Part shown: positions 1-14,305 of the stretch, in pieces | Layout of the letters: each line of letters opens with the position of its first letter | Position numbering within the stretch: the stretch's first letter is position 1 | NCBI GenBank assembly: GCA_040954595.2 | Contig: CM082591.2 | Span: 3,581,957 to 3,645,956, forward strand | Length of the DNA: 64,000 nucleotides | Origin: Balanoglossus misakiensis | Taxonomy: Eukaryota > Animalia > Hemichordata | Direction: 5' to 3' | Made by a program: the position numbers and the translations under genes | The notes under the pieces: model-generated | Told to the model about the DNA's origin: nothing | The model's input: only the letters and a program-made list of their open reading frames with translations | The model's database searches: none

Positions 1-1728
1 TTTTTGATGAGTATTTTTAACTCAGAAATGGTCCTGTGAATTCTCCTTTTTTATCATTCAAAACGGAAATTGCAAATATATATAATCGTTTGCCTGGTGA
101 TGATTCAATAGCAGGATTAGAATAAAACCTTACACAAATACAGATTCATTTTGGAGACGAATGTGTCTTACTCTTACACATGCAGAAGACTTGCACATGT
201 AAAAGAGATTTGTTTTGGATGAAAATAATCCTTTTAGACATCTCTGATATGTTCATACTCCGTTTAATATTGTGCTCGTCCACAGACTGATTATCTGTGG
301 TACGTTTGTTGGTGACGTATAGTTGTTGTGAATCAGAAGATGTGACTTAAACAACGGCACACAAAACACTGTTTCGTCAATGCATACATACGTAATAAAA
401 TTTACGTCCTTGGGGTGGAAAAGACATGCAAACATGAGAAAATAATCCACATGAATTAAAATACACAAAATTTTCTGTATTCGGTATGAAATGCAACAAT
501 GTTATTGTATAATTCTACTGAAACAGTTTTTACTTGCACAAGGCAACGCTAATGCTAACCAAAGAATTTGTCCTTGTATTGCGGCGGTTTTCCGAAGGAA
601 TTCATAACTTTGTGCACAGTCCCATTCTGTACATAATAAGTCGACTTCAATAGATTAGCAGTAACCGAGTATACCCGGTGTTAGCTGGTGTAATCTTAGT
701 AAGAAGAATAACATAGACGCACAAAAGTAGCTTATGTCGAACACACGTGTACGCATTGGGTGTTAATTTCTTTAGTGTATAATTATGTTGCTTACATTTA
801 GTAGATAGATATCGGTAAGCTCTTTGAACATTATTCTACAAAGGCATGTAATCTCGGTGTTGATGAAAAGAGCAATTCCGGTGGGCCTCCTCTGATCGCA
901 AAGCTTTCGAAATGTACAAATCAGTCACCTTGCAAGAAACACATTTATATTCTTGCATTTCTTATTTCCCAACGGGCTATAGGTGAAGAAGGAAGCTCAT
1001 TATATGGGCACAGAATTGCACATTCAATCAAAATTGGCCCGCGGTGTACAATAAATATAGCATGTCCTCTTCAATTTAACATCAAAACCGGCTAATATGT
1101 TCTTCGGGTACAGTACACGCATGAATCAATAAATAAATATGTCGCGCCCCTATCTGCTCTGTATTTCCAATAATTTAAAGCAAGTGGTGTGGAATACCGA
1201 CTCTGAATATCCGTTGCTTATTTTAGGTCGGCTGCTTTCCTCTTCCCGGTATTACATCACAGAAATAACGACAGAACTGAACTGGAAACATTCAATTTAC
1301 CAGTGTTTAGATTCTATTAATCTCTGCGGGTAAACATACGTCATTTGCAATAACCAGTCGGCCAGGCACGACTGCTTGAGTTCATTTCAGTTCCTACATG
1401 TTTCTGTTACCAGTCATTTATTGGACTAGGTTTCCTGATGAGATATTGGAAGTAGGCTGCCAAGATATGTCTGAACCTTTCCTAAAGTGACACTTCAGTT
1501 TTGTAGGTTTGTACTCAAAGAATCAGGACGTTAGTGTCAACAATCTCATCCATCAATGCCTCCCTTCCAGGGAGATGATAAATCGGTTGATAACATTCAA
1601 TATGATAGGGCTGTTATTGTGCTGGTTTTGATGCACACGTATCACACGTATCATACTGTACAAACAAATGCCATCACAGCATTCCAATGGAGTATGTTTT
1701 GCATTTGGGTTGTGTTGCTAGGTGATAC

Positions 1729-1870
1729 TTAAAGGGACATTAGCTTCAACTTTTGGTTTTATATGCAGTACTTTTGTTCTGTGTATCAAATGCAATGTCT
1801 TGGTCTACTCCATACACCATGTTAATATACCCAGTACTCCACTCATCAACATATCCTGATGTTTGTCATT
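1729..1870. mobile_element. Truncated copy of the MITE family at 34550-34862
   Basis: ttaaagggacattagct...ttttgttctgtgtatc...cccagta aligns by eye to the left half of the 34.5-kb copy. Confidence 0.6.
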
Positions 1871-3964
1871 ATTGACAAATTTATTCTAAATAAAATCTAA
1901 CTACTGTCAGGTGGTACAAGATGTTTATAATGAGGTTGTTGTGACCAATCATCGATTCTAGATGTTTGAATCTCCTTCAGTCATTCTCAATGCTTCTTGT
2001 GGACAGGCAGGAGAAATATTTACATCGATGTGCCCAAAACCTATCACTGAATTAACTCAGCCATGTGAAGTTTAAACAGCACTTTATTTGCATCAAGTTA
2101 ATGATTTGAAGAGTGAACTTGTTGCAAGAAACCCAATACCGTCTTTTAAATGAACACACAGATGGAAGTTTGTGTTCTCAAAGAATGGTCGTAGACTTGG
2201 TTCAAGGCAAGAATCAATGAATTACACAGCTGGGAATTGAAGGACAGAACGGAATTGCAATTAAGGCATTGCAAATGAAAATTACAGAGCTGCTTACAAA
2301 GGTATGCCTGTCTCTTCTTCCGTCTGAATAAATTCCTATATTCCACTTGAGATGGTAGCGATTCATAAGAACGCCTGAACAATGTAGCAGAATATCCCTA
2401 TGTCCTCCTAACAAACAAACCGCGCAAGCAATTACTGTTCCGTCAAAATATCCACTGAGATCGATCGTGATTTATTGAGTACTGACCAAATTAACAGCCG
2501 CGGTTAGAGAACTGAGAAGTACCGATGATTTCCAAGAACGAAACAATGTATTTGAAGGCCGCTGCATTTTCTTCTGAATATTCACGTTCGTCAATTGATT
2601 TTTCATTCTTACACAAGTATGTACATAGGCACGTCCGTATCTATATGTTCTGTTAAAGTTGCCTTTTGATTAAAAAATTGATAATAGGAACTTAGTCGTG
2701 AAGATTAATAGCGTGTATTGCTGTATGTGATTAACGGCAATCGTGGTAATTTGTGTTAAGAAAGGGAAAAACTGTAACGTGACTATTCAACTCGGAGATT
2801 TGTATACTTATATTCGGGTTTCCAATTTCCAGCAATGTATGTTTTGTTATCCCGTGCTGCGCACCAAATTACTCTAGCACATAAACCTTTAAGGACCGTC
2901 ACTGACAAGGAAATTCAACGCATTTGCCATCCTTTATAACATTCTTGAGCGGCCCACTAATCTATAGAAACTTAATCAGGCAATAATGACCATTTAATGC
3001 TGTTTGAACTACAGGATTAAGTTTCTGTCGATTATCCATTCGATTTTCATATCCGATTTCCTAAGAATCCTAAGAAACAATTCATCATTAGAATGATATG
3101 TGACTTTCCCGATTCCGGGAAAAGCTAGGTGTGTCAACGCTACCCTAATCCTGTTTTTTAGTAATACTCCTGTGTCAATCAATGTTGCTGACAGCTAGGT
3201 AAATAGATGTCTTGTGCATGACAGGGCTATGGAATTACATGGACTAATTACAACTCGACGTTCACAAACGCTCCAATGCATGCAACGTCTGTACCGTCTA
3301 CCGTTTTGCCTTTTATTGTTCACTTGCTATTCACTCATACTGATGTCTTTCCTGGAGGCAAATGTTCTGAATTTAAATTAAGGGGCCTGTTACCCTTATC
3401 ATCTTGTAATGTAAAACTATATACACACCAATGCCATATTTATATTATTCTTCAAGAGATACACGTCGCTTTCTTGCAAGCAATATAGAATGTGTTGCAT
3501 TGGTATACGTGTTAACAAAATCAGAGTTTATCCTGATTTGATTATTAAACAAGTTCAAGGTCACTCCCATTTAGAACATCCAGGTACGCGCCACTGGTGG
3601 TCTCACACAAGGGCCAAATTTGCCGCGGATTTGTTCCTCTCGTTTCCTGTCTTTCAACAGAGTTTTTCCTCTTCTTGAGAAATATAGGATATCTAATTGT
3701 GGCTTCGGGGGGAAATCATCGGTGTATAGCCGGACCGCTGGTGGTTGTACAAAATCACCAGCCTTGTTCCATTGTCAGTCCTGCACAGTTCTCAGCTGGA
3801 TGGAAGCGATATCACTTTTCAGCGGACGGCAGTTGCGAGGAGAGTGACATCTACGCACAAACAGTCTCAGCGGTTTGACTATCCCCGAGGTAGCCACAAT
3901 TCCTGTTTTGAACATCCCACCTCTATGGTTTTTCGTCCCTGTTTCAAAATTGCTCAGTGAACAT

Positions 3965-4240
3965 CAATAGAATCCATACAAGTAGAACAGGATTTTCCGC
4001 ACATCGCAAGATGTCTCCGAGACAGGGTTAATTACTGTAGAAATGGTTGCTAGCCAAGTATATAATACAAGTCAAGGTTCGTGTGAAACTAGCATAGGTA
4101 CAGAGTTTAGCAAACATTGTAACTTTTGTGACGTTTAACGAAATGGACCATAAGAAAGTCTTCCCGTATAAAACTGCCTAAGCATGCAAGATCTCGCGGG
4201 GTCTGGTGCAATCCGGAAAAGCGTATATTGCTCCATTAGC
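3965..4240. repeat. Dispersed repeat, inverted relative to the copy at ~24700-24960
   Basis: gaaactagcataggtacagagtttagc here vs reverse complement gctcaactgtgtacctatgctagtttc (24834-24860); ggttaattac/gtaattaacc, ttgctag/ctagcaa and agatctcg blocks also correspond. Confidence 0.7.
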
Positions 4241-6098
4241 ATTGACATGGCTGTAAGTACATTAAACTCGTATCTCTCCATTTCTCAGAATTTATAAATT
4301 AGAAGGTGATTTTGGTGTAATTTTCTATAATATTTCTAAAAATAACATCAAATTTTCACTTGGGATGCCAATGGAGTCCTTGTAATCACCATCAACTCAC
4401 TATTTAGTGACAAGTCACAAGAGAGTTTATGATGAATGTGTTTACTTTTGAATGCCCTAAAGATGTGAATATCCATACTTTTGTTAGAAATATGACTGCA
4501 TGTGGTGTTACCTAACGACCGTGAAAAACAGACAAATCAACACTTTCTGAAATCTGTTATTGAACTAATAAAATAAGTATATCATTGAAGCGGTCAAACT
4601 GCCCCGGATTTTTCCTATTAATAATAAAGATTTTACAACATTAAAAAACGTGACTGTAATACAGTATATGATTTTGAAATATACAAATAAATCATATCAC
4701 CATTGTCGTACAAATAAGCATCGTTTGGAAAAAACATTAGAATGAAACCATGTCGTGTTCGTGGAAAATAGGTGGCAACTGATTATTATCATATATTTTT
4801 GTTATTTTTCAATAAGACTTCTATACTATATTTTTCAAGTTCAAGAAAGTCAGAAGTATAAAGCATTATCAAGTATCTAAAGTCTCGCCTTTCAATAGTT
4901 TCATTCTCCGAAAAATGTTTGTTGGATGTTGTTGGTCGTTCAACTGTGTTGCTAGGATACAGCGGTAATGAGCTATAAATACTTGGGGAGAGGCTGCGTG
5001 CTTCATGTAAGACGAATGTGTGATTGTACAAAGTGTGGTCGCATGAAGGATCTACGACACTGATATTGACGATCGGTGATCTATCGCAATCAAGCTACAT
5101 TATTTATGGTGAGTAGCCTTGCGTAAAACCACTGTATCTATTTGCATTGCGTGAGTGCTCTGTTAGTTTGTTTCTCAAAATTTGATTAAACCTGAACTCA
5201 GGTTTTGGCTGATCACTGCCCACTAAAATATTGAACTTTGAAAGTAGGATGATGTTTGAATATTCACAACGACATCGGCTTGAACCTTAGAGCTCTAAGT
5301 ACAGAAGTAGGCTGACATTCGTCAACCTCAAAGTGCTAGTGTCTGCCAGGGCAGGAATTGGCACCACACTCGCATCGTTATCAGTGTACTACAAGTAGCT
5401 GTGGTGGACGCGCGTTTTAATGGGAAAGTCTACGCCCCTGGCAAACCATTAACGTTTGACCACAGCCAGCGCAAAATGCGAGAAAACATACGTTGTGACG
5501 TACGAACGGGAAACAAATCGAAACAGAAAAATCCGCTGGGCCTGCAGTGATAGGAAATGATTTGCAAGAAGCTTGAAAAATGAAGACTGCCCCACTTTCA
5601 ACCAGACCTTGTCTGAGTCTCTCACATTAGTAACAAATGTAGCTATATACAATGTATAGAATGTGTGAAGATGTAATGCAATGTATTATTATATATCATG
5701 AGAAGATGAAATTACTATCATTTTCATTACTTCATGGTTTCTGATTCTGAGGGTCTCATCAGACGTCGGTGATTTTTACAGTTCAAGACACTTTCTGTCT
5801 TCTCGGTCGCCACTCATTTCTTAAACCCTGACTTCCCCGAAGCGATACATGGGACATCGTGCGTGCAAGCTATTCGACTCTGAGATGCTCCTTTGCTAAT
5901 GTTCACTGCTAGATTGGAGCTAAAACCCTGACACGGCTAACTACAGTGAGGTTGTTTTATACATCTTGGTACCAGAAATCCTTGCTAAAACTGCCTTTGG
6001 CAAAGATACTGAAAAAGCGAGTGGATTCAACTATGTTGCTAGGATACCTCAGCAATGAACTAGACTCTAGTACTTTGGTAGAACATTTGAAAGCAGAT

Positions 6099-6179
6099 GA
6101 TGGATGGATGGATAGATGGATGGATTGGTGGGTGGATGAATGGATGTATGCATGCATACATGCATACATGCATACATAC
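6099..6179. repeat. Compound microsatellite (GATG)n/(CATA)n
   Basis: Direct inspection. Confidence 0.9.
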
Positions 6180-8524
6180 CGTACATAAGGAAGTTGACCC
6201 CCACCTAATAGTTTAGACCTTATAAATCACGCATCCGGCGGGAACGTTTGATCGAGTCGCAGCAGTAATGGCGCGAAATGAAGACCCCCTTTTTCACAAA
6301 ATTACACGAAAATGGGTTTCGTTACTTTACAGGGGATATTTCATGAACAGCCATCCATGTTTGTAATGGTCTTTCATTTTTTCATCAAAATTCCATTTCC
6401 GTTGGTGCTTTAGACCAAGCTACTTTCTGCATCGCAGCTGCAGCATTCCGCATCACTGTGCACAACAAACCTCCAGCAGGACCAGACGCTACCAGACATA
6501 TTCAAAATTCATACACAGATCTACCAAGATACATCTATTCCAAAAGAATGAGCATAAAGGTTTGGACGTGCATGATCAATCAAACGTTTCCGAGTACCAC
6601 AGCTCCAATGTTCAATTTTAAACATTACCCTCGGTGGCTCGGTTCTTTAATGTTAGAGAAATACCAGTATAACCCATTACCTTCACTATAAACAGAAGTC
6701 CGATTGTACAAACATCCCACCTTTCAAAACTAAAAACTGAAACTGAACACTTGCCGCTATAACAGATATGTTTTCGCGACCTGTTTTAACTATTTCCCTG
6801 CTAGGCTTCTATTTCATAGACCAATCAACATTATTAAACGACAGGATATCATTTTCGTGAAAGTGTAGGTGGCTTTCACTAAACACATTTTCTCTCGCTG
6901 TTTTCTCAAGCTTCAATGAGTTCTACTACATTAGTCTACAAATCAAGTAAATGAGCCAGGTTAGTCCTGTACCCGATGGCATAAGAAGCTAGTTTTAAAC
7001 CATAGCAACTACTTTTTCTCTCTCAAAAGTTACTTGGAATAAGTCCCTTGATGCAAAGCGAGATTTGGAGCACTCATGAAATGAGTTAGTAATATAAAAC
7101 AAATCAAGGCTCACAGACCCAACAGCGTTTTCTACATGTATACCGGCACTTTCTAGAAACAAATCAACACTAAGTGAAACCCTGATATAAAAAAAATCCA
7201 TCAGAGTCGAAATTAATCTCAATTTGTGGAACGGGTATAGTGTACTTTTTGATTTGATGAATACCGGTATACGACTTCAGGTAAACAGAGCTTGCCAAAC
7301 CTGCTATCAAATGTTGCACCCGTAAACATATACCAAAATCAGAAAATTTGATCAGATTTTGGCGACATCCCACTCAATAATCAGATATCTGTTGACAGCT
7401 CATGTGTCACGTAAAACAAAAACTCTCTTGATATTCAATTCTTAAACATACAAAATTCACAAGATTAATCGTGGACTAGTATACCCTAATGAGATTTTGT
7501 GCGCCGTCGCGGAAAGGTCGAAGGTTCACGCAATGACTGCTTTGATATCGGAGGCAGTTGACTTCATTCAATCTGTTATATCTGGCCAATCGTGAACAGC
7601 TCGCGGTATTAGTGTCCCTATCCGTGTACGATCCTATTTTGTCTTTGAAAGGAACTAACTATGGTGTTTCTGTTTACAGTTGATTTCATCTTGAAGATGA
7701 CGCTGTTGGTGTGAAAATTGTGACTTTGGCCACATCGTCATCGAGAGGAAACGGTAAGCATAGCAACACAGTTTGGTGTATCTTGTCAAATGCATACACA
7801 GGCATCAGCTCTCATGTTTGAAATTCATGTGGCCAACTGGTTTTCTGCACACTCAGTTCGACTACATGTATCTATCCTTTTCTGGAAGTTGAAACCCCCA
7901 GATTTTGAAAAAGAAACTTTTAACAGGAAAAAACAAAAAGTTTTGAAGGCTACCCTTTAAACAGGAAAAACCCACAAAGTTTTGAAGGCCACCCAATACA
8001 AGTAATAGGACAGAAACAAGCAATTCCACCGCAAGCAACGGCATATGATGAACACGACGAAGCTATTTTAAGAAAATTCTGACTGCCAGGACAAACGAAG
8101 TGACAAAATGAAAAAGGGATCATGCGCATGCAGTAGCTGCTAGAGGCACATCAACGTGAGACAATGTGACCCCCTAGCTCAGCATTAATTACCTGTCGGC
8201 GTATCCATCAAATCATTTATTTAGCTGGCGTCCGATCGGAAATGTTAAGATGGAAGTCATACATAGTACTGTCCCATCAGTCTTCTGTAAACAGTGACAT
8301 ATAAATGTTTCTGGCAATCAATCTCTAATTCGTTGAAATTTCACATTCGGTTGAAAAGTCTGCTGTCCGTGTCCATTCCCTGTATTAAGGTAACCATAGA
8401 GACACGGACGTCAGACGTACATTTTTGTCTCCAAGCTTTTTTACTGATGAGCTGGCCAAATACCATGGTATCTTGTGCTGTTCAGTTATCTATTAAGGCT
8501 GTGATAGTTATAGTTTACTTTACT

Positions 8525-8890
8525 TCACTATACTATACTTAATTTAATTTAACTTAATTTAATTTAAATGAATTTAAGTCAGATAAGTTTATACAACATC
8601 CAATATCCATCACAATTATGCCAAATGACGCTCACGGTTAACAGAAACGTTCTTTAAGATAAGTAAATTTGGAGTCTGGATTTGAAGCTATCTACAATCA
8701 TTTGGGAACTGCACAAATGTCATTTGGAAACAAAATTATTCCATTAAGGAGATGAATGTGAGACTGATCGGTTCACTCTGATATTGGCTACACTGTGTAG
8801 TTTTGGATGATAGAACTGAAAGCCAGCCTAAGTGTTACTTTGTTAGATGAGGTGAAACAGATAGATGACATATCACGGCCACTGTACGTG
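8525..8890 (-). mobile_element. Decayed 3' end of a CR1/L2-type LINE
   Basis: Minus strand gives WNN (8735-8743) and DSFKSRLQIYLS* (8655-8692), resembling the LWNxLP...FKxxLKTxL end of CR1/L2 ORF2, followed by a short 3'UTR and a TAAAT-like repeat tail. Confidence 0.6.
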
Positions 8891-11800
8891 CCGCAAAACA
8901 TGAAGAAAAAAACAAGCATGCTACTAAAAAAAGAAATAATTGCTAAGAATCGTGTTCTGGTACCTAAAATCGTGCTAATCTTTTCTCCGGTGGGCAATTT
9001 CCAATGAAATTTCTAAAGAGAACACTCTGTTTTTAGGTCAAAAATTATTCGCTACTTAGACACAAATTTTGACATTAAGGCTCTGAAACTTAGGCAACAA
9101 TAGAAGTACAGCAAGGTACACTGCGAACAAAACACCTTGCTACGGAAATCTGTTTGTCCAAAGGCAATGACTTGCGCATGAGCCACTGTGATTGTATAGC
9201 AACGCAAGTTGCGAAACATGGTTGCAAATATTCCACACCAGATTTCAGTTTAACCCTGCTAAAAACAGCGCTGAGCTAACAACAGAATATGACACAAAAA
9301 GTATGTCATATGAATCGATTGTCAATGTTTAATGAAAAGGCAGTTTATATGCACGGCAAATTCTTTGAGGCACACTAAAAGTGTTACAAACACTTCAGAT
9401 AAAATGTGTTAACACAATCTTTTATTGCACGGTCTTTTAGAAGTGTTATCAAACCATTTAAAAAGACAATCACTAATGAATGCAACAGTTCAGGTTCATC
9501 TGGGTCGCACGACACATCACAGTGACTGTTTTCACAACTCTTAACTTCTTAATGCATCCGACTTCCAGTCTTTCACACCAAAACAATGCAAACACGACGC
9601 ATTGCTTACAGTGCATTTACAGAGTCCCGGTTACTTGCTGCCATGGCAATGTTAACTCATCACAAACACTGACTAATTCTAGAGAATGGGTACCGTTTCT
9701 CACATATGGAAACAAAAAATCCATTGCTCCAACAGAGTGTCCATGAAACACTGATTCCATGAAACTAACATATGGCGAAACAGCCAACATCATATCCATC
9801 TATAACATAAAGCACTTTACATTAGTGTCAGTTGTATTTAATAAACACAGACAAGGTAACTCTGTCTCCCTATATCTCTATCTCTGCTATTACCATTCTC
9901 ACTTATAAACATTCAGCAAATGGTCTTAATTAAAAATTCACATAAGGTTGGGTTCACGGAGAGCCAATGTGAATCAAAACAGGGAAAAGCTTTGATCGCC
10001 ACGACACTCCTTACAAAATTACCTTTTGGGAGTCCATTACAGAAAGCCTCATTGTATGCAGAATCAAATTTCATCCGCTACTGTAGTTCATTCACAAATC
10101 ATGAATAGTTAATACCAGAGTGCCGTATCCATCTGCTTTCTGCGCGCAAATATCAATTTCCAGATCAAATACGAAAGGACTGTTTATTGTTCCTATACAA
10201 AGGTATTGAGATTGGCCATACGAGAAGGCGACCAACACAATGTCTTGCCTTGGCGTTTCAATTTACAATCTACAGTCGACGGCTTGCTGTGAGGTCACAA
10301 GTGATAAATAGCACATGAAAATTTGATGATCTTTTATTAGCCTCGCGTCATGAAGAAGGCAAAACACGGTAAAAAGGACATTTTATATACTCTGTACCAA
10401 AATTATACATAACCTGTGAAACTGTTTGTTATTTACTATTATTCGAATTATATGGTCATCTGTATTATGTCCTATAAAGTCAGTGCTTTAGTAGCAGAAG
10501 ATCTTGTTCATATAACTCAAATGTAATCATAGTCAACCTAATTATATATTATTACTCATGGGAGTTGCTTTTATGCAATTTACCGAACACTAAATTGGTT
10601 TACGTGTATGTACAAGCATTATATACATAGTCACAGAAAGTAGTCTTCAAAACAGCTAGTCATTGAAAAGTCATCCAACGTTTCGTGTTTGTAGAATTTT
10701 TAGAGGAAGGGACGTAACTTTATATGAGTTTCATGTACAGTGTGGAGTGACTGTGTTTCATGTAAGCGGGATTTCAGCTTGCAAGAAAGAACAAAGCAGC
10801 CAGACACAACATTAACAGACTCAAAGCTGGCCCCACTGACAATTTGATGTTAATGAACATGGAAGAACTTCCTATTAGGCTGTGTCAGGAAGATTTTCGT
10901 GGCTAGAGCTAGTCAGAAACGGGATGAATTTGATTTGAAATAAACCTGATCACTTTGCCTGCCTGATTATGATTGTCAGCACCATTAACTGCATTAAGCG
11001 AGTGTTTAAAATCAAAGTCACTAAACCAACTTCATTAGCCCTGTTTTCAGCACACACTTCTCATTAATGCTACCTTGTGCAAATCAGAATTCAGAATCAG
11101 AATGGTTACACATGTCAAACAAGAACCATTTCGCAAAACAGTTGCCAGGTAACCACATCAGCCTTTTCATCAATAATTCGATGTGGACTTTTTGAATCAA
11201 CAAACTAGGCTGCTTCACCACCTGTTTGGGTACTTTATTGAGTTACACTGTTTACATATACCATTAGGCCTATAAACACAGATCCTCTGGTAAGTCGTAT
11301 ATCAAAGGTAATGATTACCAAAACAGCAGAGGGCATTGCTGCTATACCTACTGACACAGAAACCAAACCAGCACGTTCATCACCATTGATTTTGGCGATT
11401 GCGTAGTGTTGCGCTTAAGGTAGAATCGAAAATTTCTAGGTCTCACGTTTTTCCTCATATTTTGCTCAAGGAGACTTCAGATTATCCTCTCTTTGAAATA
11501 TTAAATTGCGAATTGGGGGCCAGTGCATAATTTTAGATGAGAGTGTACACTTGTCACGAATTGTCTCAAATCTGACACTCAAAATGGTAGCAAATGCCTG
11601 TGTTAAGTATATGGAGAAAATGTAAAGCAGTGATGTCCATGAAAACAAGACAGTGAGACCAATACAATAATATATAGCACCGAATTGGAAGATTTGCAAA
11701 ATATGTCCCCGAGACACATTACTGTAGAGTGTTTCCAGTCTTTGACAGTCATTGTTGTACTTCACTTTATGTACAATGAAAGATCGTTGCAGAATAAAAC

Positions 11801-13324
11801 TAACTAGGCTTGAAAAAGATATGGATTCGACAAATCAAAAGGGACAGCTTGTATTGAACATTTCCTGAAAACGGTATTGAAATAAATGTCTTCCTTTCAA
11901 ACTAACCAAAGGCCAAATACAACGTAGAGTCTTTTACAGGCGCTGATAATTCAAAGTCAAAAAGCGATTTTATCTTCACTGGCAAAGATAAAAAGGTTCG
12001 CTTCATTCAGTGCTAATGTAGCTTTATTGGTGACGTAAATATATATTCAAACTAGGCATAAATTTTATTGACATATAATAAAATCAATATACAGTGAATA
12101 CTTCTTCTGATAAAAGTTTCATCGTCGCTAGCCTGATTCCATCACCACACGACAAAAGGTCGATGCATGAATTTTGCCACATTTTACATGTTTCAATAAT
12201 TGTCTATGTCTCATATTGACGTTCATAACATTAACACATGATGGTTAAAAAAGGGGCGATCACCTGACAAAAGCCAATCTTTGCAAAATCTATTGACAGG
12301 TTCAGGTGGCACTACTTTTTTTGCAAATTGTGGTTGGCCTTTAGTGTAAGTCTATCTTTATGACAAATTTAAATGAACATAGATTGACTATATATTGGTC
12401 GATTTACCTCCCATTCTATTGAACAAAACGGCCATCATTTTTTTCTATTTATTTTGCACGTTTGGATTCGTCGTCTCTACATTGCATGGCCGGGATGACT
12501 GAAACAGACGAAAGTCAACAAATTTTCTATTCGATTCTAATTAAATAAGAGTGAAACCAAGTGGGATTTGATACAGAAGATCTGAACAGACCTATCTATT
12601 TAATTCAATGATTATATTTAACAAAGGGCATCAGGGGTGTTATCTTATAGAGGCCATTGGCCTTGCCTCTGGCCTTTTCATTTCAAAGAGAGATATATTA
12701 CGTTTCACGATTGCTGATATAAGCGCAGTAAATCGAAAACACACACCACACTTCCTTTCTACTTTATTTCCATTAGATTTGCTTCTATTCTCTCGCACAA
12801 AGTATGCATATATATTAGTCTTGGAATTAATTAAACGATGGTGCCACTTCTACTGAGATCAGACCCTTTCCTCGTATTTAAATTTGTCATGCATTAATAA
12901 AGGTGATAACCCAGGATAACGCTTTGACCCAGCGAATTATAGCTGCGTGATAAATTTTATCGATTACAGTAATCCCGTTTGACATCTCTGCTGATTGGTT
13001 GACTTTCTCATATTTCTTGCAAGTAATCTATAACCCCCTGGATAAAACCTTTGCCAAAGTTATCAATTGATTTCTGTGATTTATTACTGACCTGGATTAT
13101 TTTAATATATATCTTTATTGATGTCTTTTTCCCTTAGAAACACCGAACACACCTGAGGCATTTCAGACTACTGTGGTACATGAACAAAGATTATTGGTAG
13201 GTTGGAAGAAGTATTTTATCATGTTAGTCTGCACATGATGTGTTCGTTCAGAGAACATTCACCCTCTGGACAAGGCAGCTCCATCTGAACACGACTGTAC
13301 GTTAGCTGTGTATTGTTGTTGGCC

Positions 13325-14305
13325 ATGGCGTCAAACTTCACAAGTTCAGATTCTGATGCCACGAACACCATTCACGATACCCTGTTTAACGTTGCCATCG
13401 GAGTGGTGGGGATATCCGGCATCCTGGGGAATTCCCTGGTGTGCTGGGTTTTCCTGCGCATCAAGTCCATGCGCACGGTGACCAACATGTTCATCTTGAA
13501 CCAGTCCATGATAGACCTCGTCGGGTCGGCCGTTTTCCTTCTGAGTTACCTCGGTCCGACCATAGATCCACTGATAGACGACGTCAGCAGCACTTTGTTC
13601 TGCAAGTTCTGGGTGTCGCTCTACCCGCTGTGGTCTCTCTTCGACGCCTCCTCGCTCAACCTGACGGCGATCTCCTTGGAGCGGTACCTGGCCATAGTCC
13701 ACCCTGTGGCCCACCACAACAAGGTCAACAAACGGGGCGTGACGAGCATCATGGTGGCGATCTGGTTCTCGGGGTTCGTGGTGGAGTGGTTCTGGCCGTA
13801 CGTGCACTACGTGGAGAACGGGGTCTGCACGAACGCGTGGGACGACCAGCATCTGGAGAGGTTCGTTGGTGTTGTGGTGTTCATCGTCGAGTACGCGCTG
13901 CCGATGACCGTCTTCGTCTACTGCTACTTGAAGATATTCTTAACACTCAGGCAGAAAGTAAAGGATCATCAGGCAAACTCGATCTCTTCAAACCAAGGTG
14001 GTGGCACACTGTCGAAGGCGTCAAAGAACGTCACAAAAATGCTCTGCGTGGTTGTAGTTACGTATTTCCTGTGTTGGACTGTACCGTCGGTGGCATACTT
14101 TCAGAACTGGGTCTTTGGCGGCCCGCTGGATTGGAACGGGTCTTTCTACAAATTCACTGTCATATCCGTTTTCTTTAATGTCTGCTGTAACCCCATAATC
14201 TACGCCCTGATGTGGAATCACTTCAGGAAGGCCCTCAGGCAGGCCCTCCATTGTGGCGGCAAAAACAGGGTTAGTCCAGACCAAAGTTTAGAAACACAAA
14301 CATAG
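13325..14305 (+). CDS. Class A (rhodopsin-like) 7TM GPCR, orphan, galanin/allatostatin-receptor-like invertebrate expansion; 326 aa, intronless CDS
   Basis: Seven hydrophobic segments; GN (TM1), NQSMIDL (TM2), ERY, ECL2 Cys, CW..P (TM6), NPIIY (TM7); N-glycosylation site NFT. ATG 13325 in gccATGg context preferred over the TTG start at 13313. Candidate upstream acceptor gtctttttcccttag ends at 13137. Confidence 0.95.
   Translation: MASNFTSSDSDATNTIHDTLFNVAIGVVGISGILGNSLVCWVFLRIKSMRTVTNMFILNQSMIDLVGSAVFLLSYLGPTIDPLIDDVSSTLFCKFWVSLYPLWSLFDASSLNLTAISLERYLAIVHPVAHHNKVNKRGVTSIMVAIWFSGFVVEWFWPYVHYVENGVCTNAWDDQHLERFVGVVVFIVEYALPMTVFVYCYLKIFLTLRQKVKDHQANSISSNQGGGTLSKASKNVTKMLCVVVVTYFLCWTVPSVAYFQNWVFGGPLDWNGSFYKFTVISVFFNVCCNPIIYALMWNHFRKALRQALHCGGKNRVSPDQSLETQT

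Noticed and set aside
3490-3960. Relatively GC-rich block with several overlapping 60-93 aa ORFs
   Set aside because: No recognisable protein motif on either strand; probably an old repeat remnant.
5725-5770. Minus-strand CTGATGA...GAAA resembling a hammerhead ribozyme core (similar case at ~33700-33745)
   Set aside because: Stem II is out of register or GAAA is missing, and I found no complementary stems I and III with an NUH site.
13346-14284. Overlapping alternative-frame and antisense ORFs (168, 245 and 87 aa) on the first GPCR
   Set aside because: Shadow ORFs caused by high GC3 in the real CDS; no recognisable motifs.
13325-14305. Opsin identity for the GPCRs (Lys near TM7)
   Set aside because: The Lys is at about 7.36; the retinal-binding position 7.43 is Phe in both receptors.
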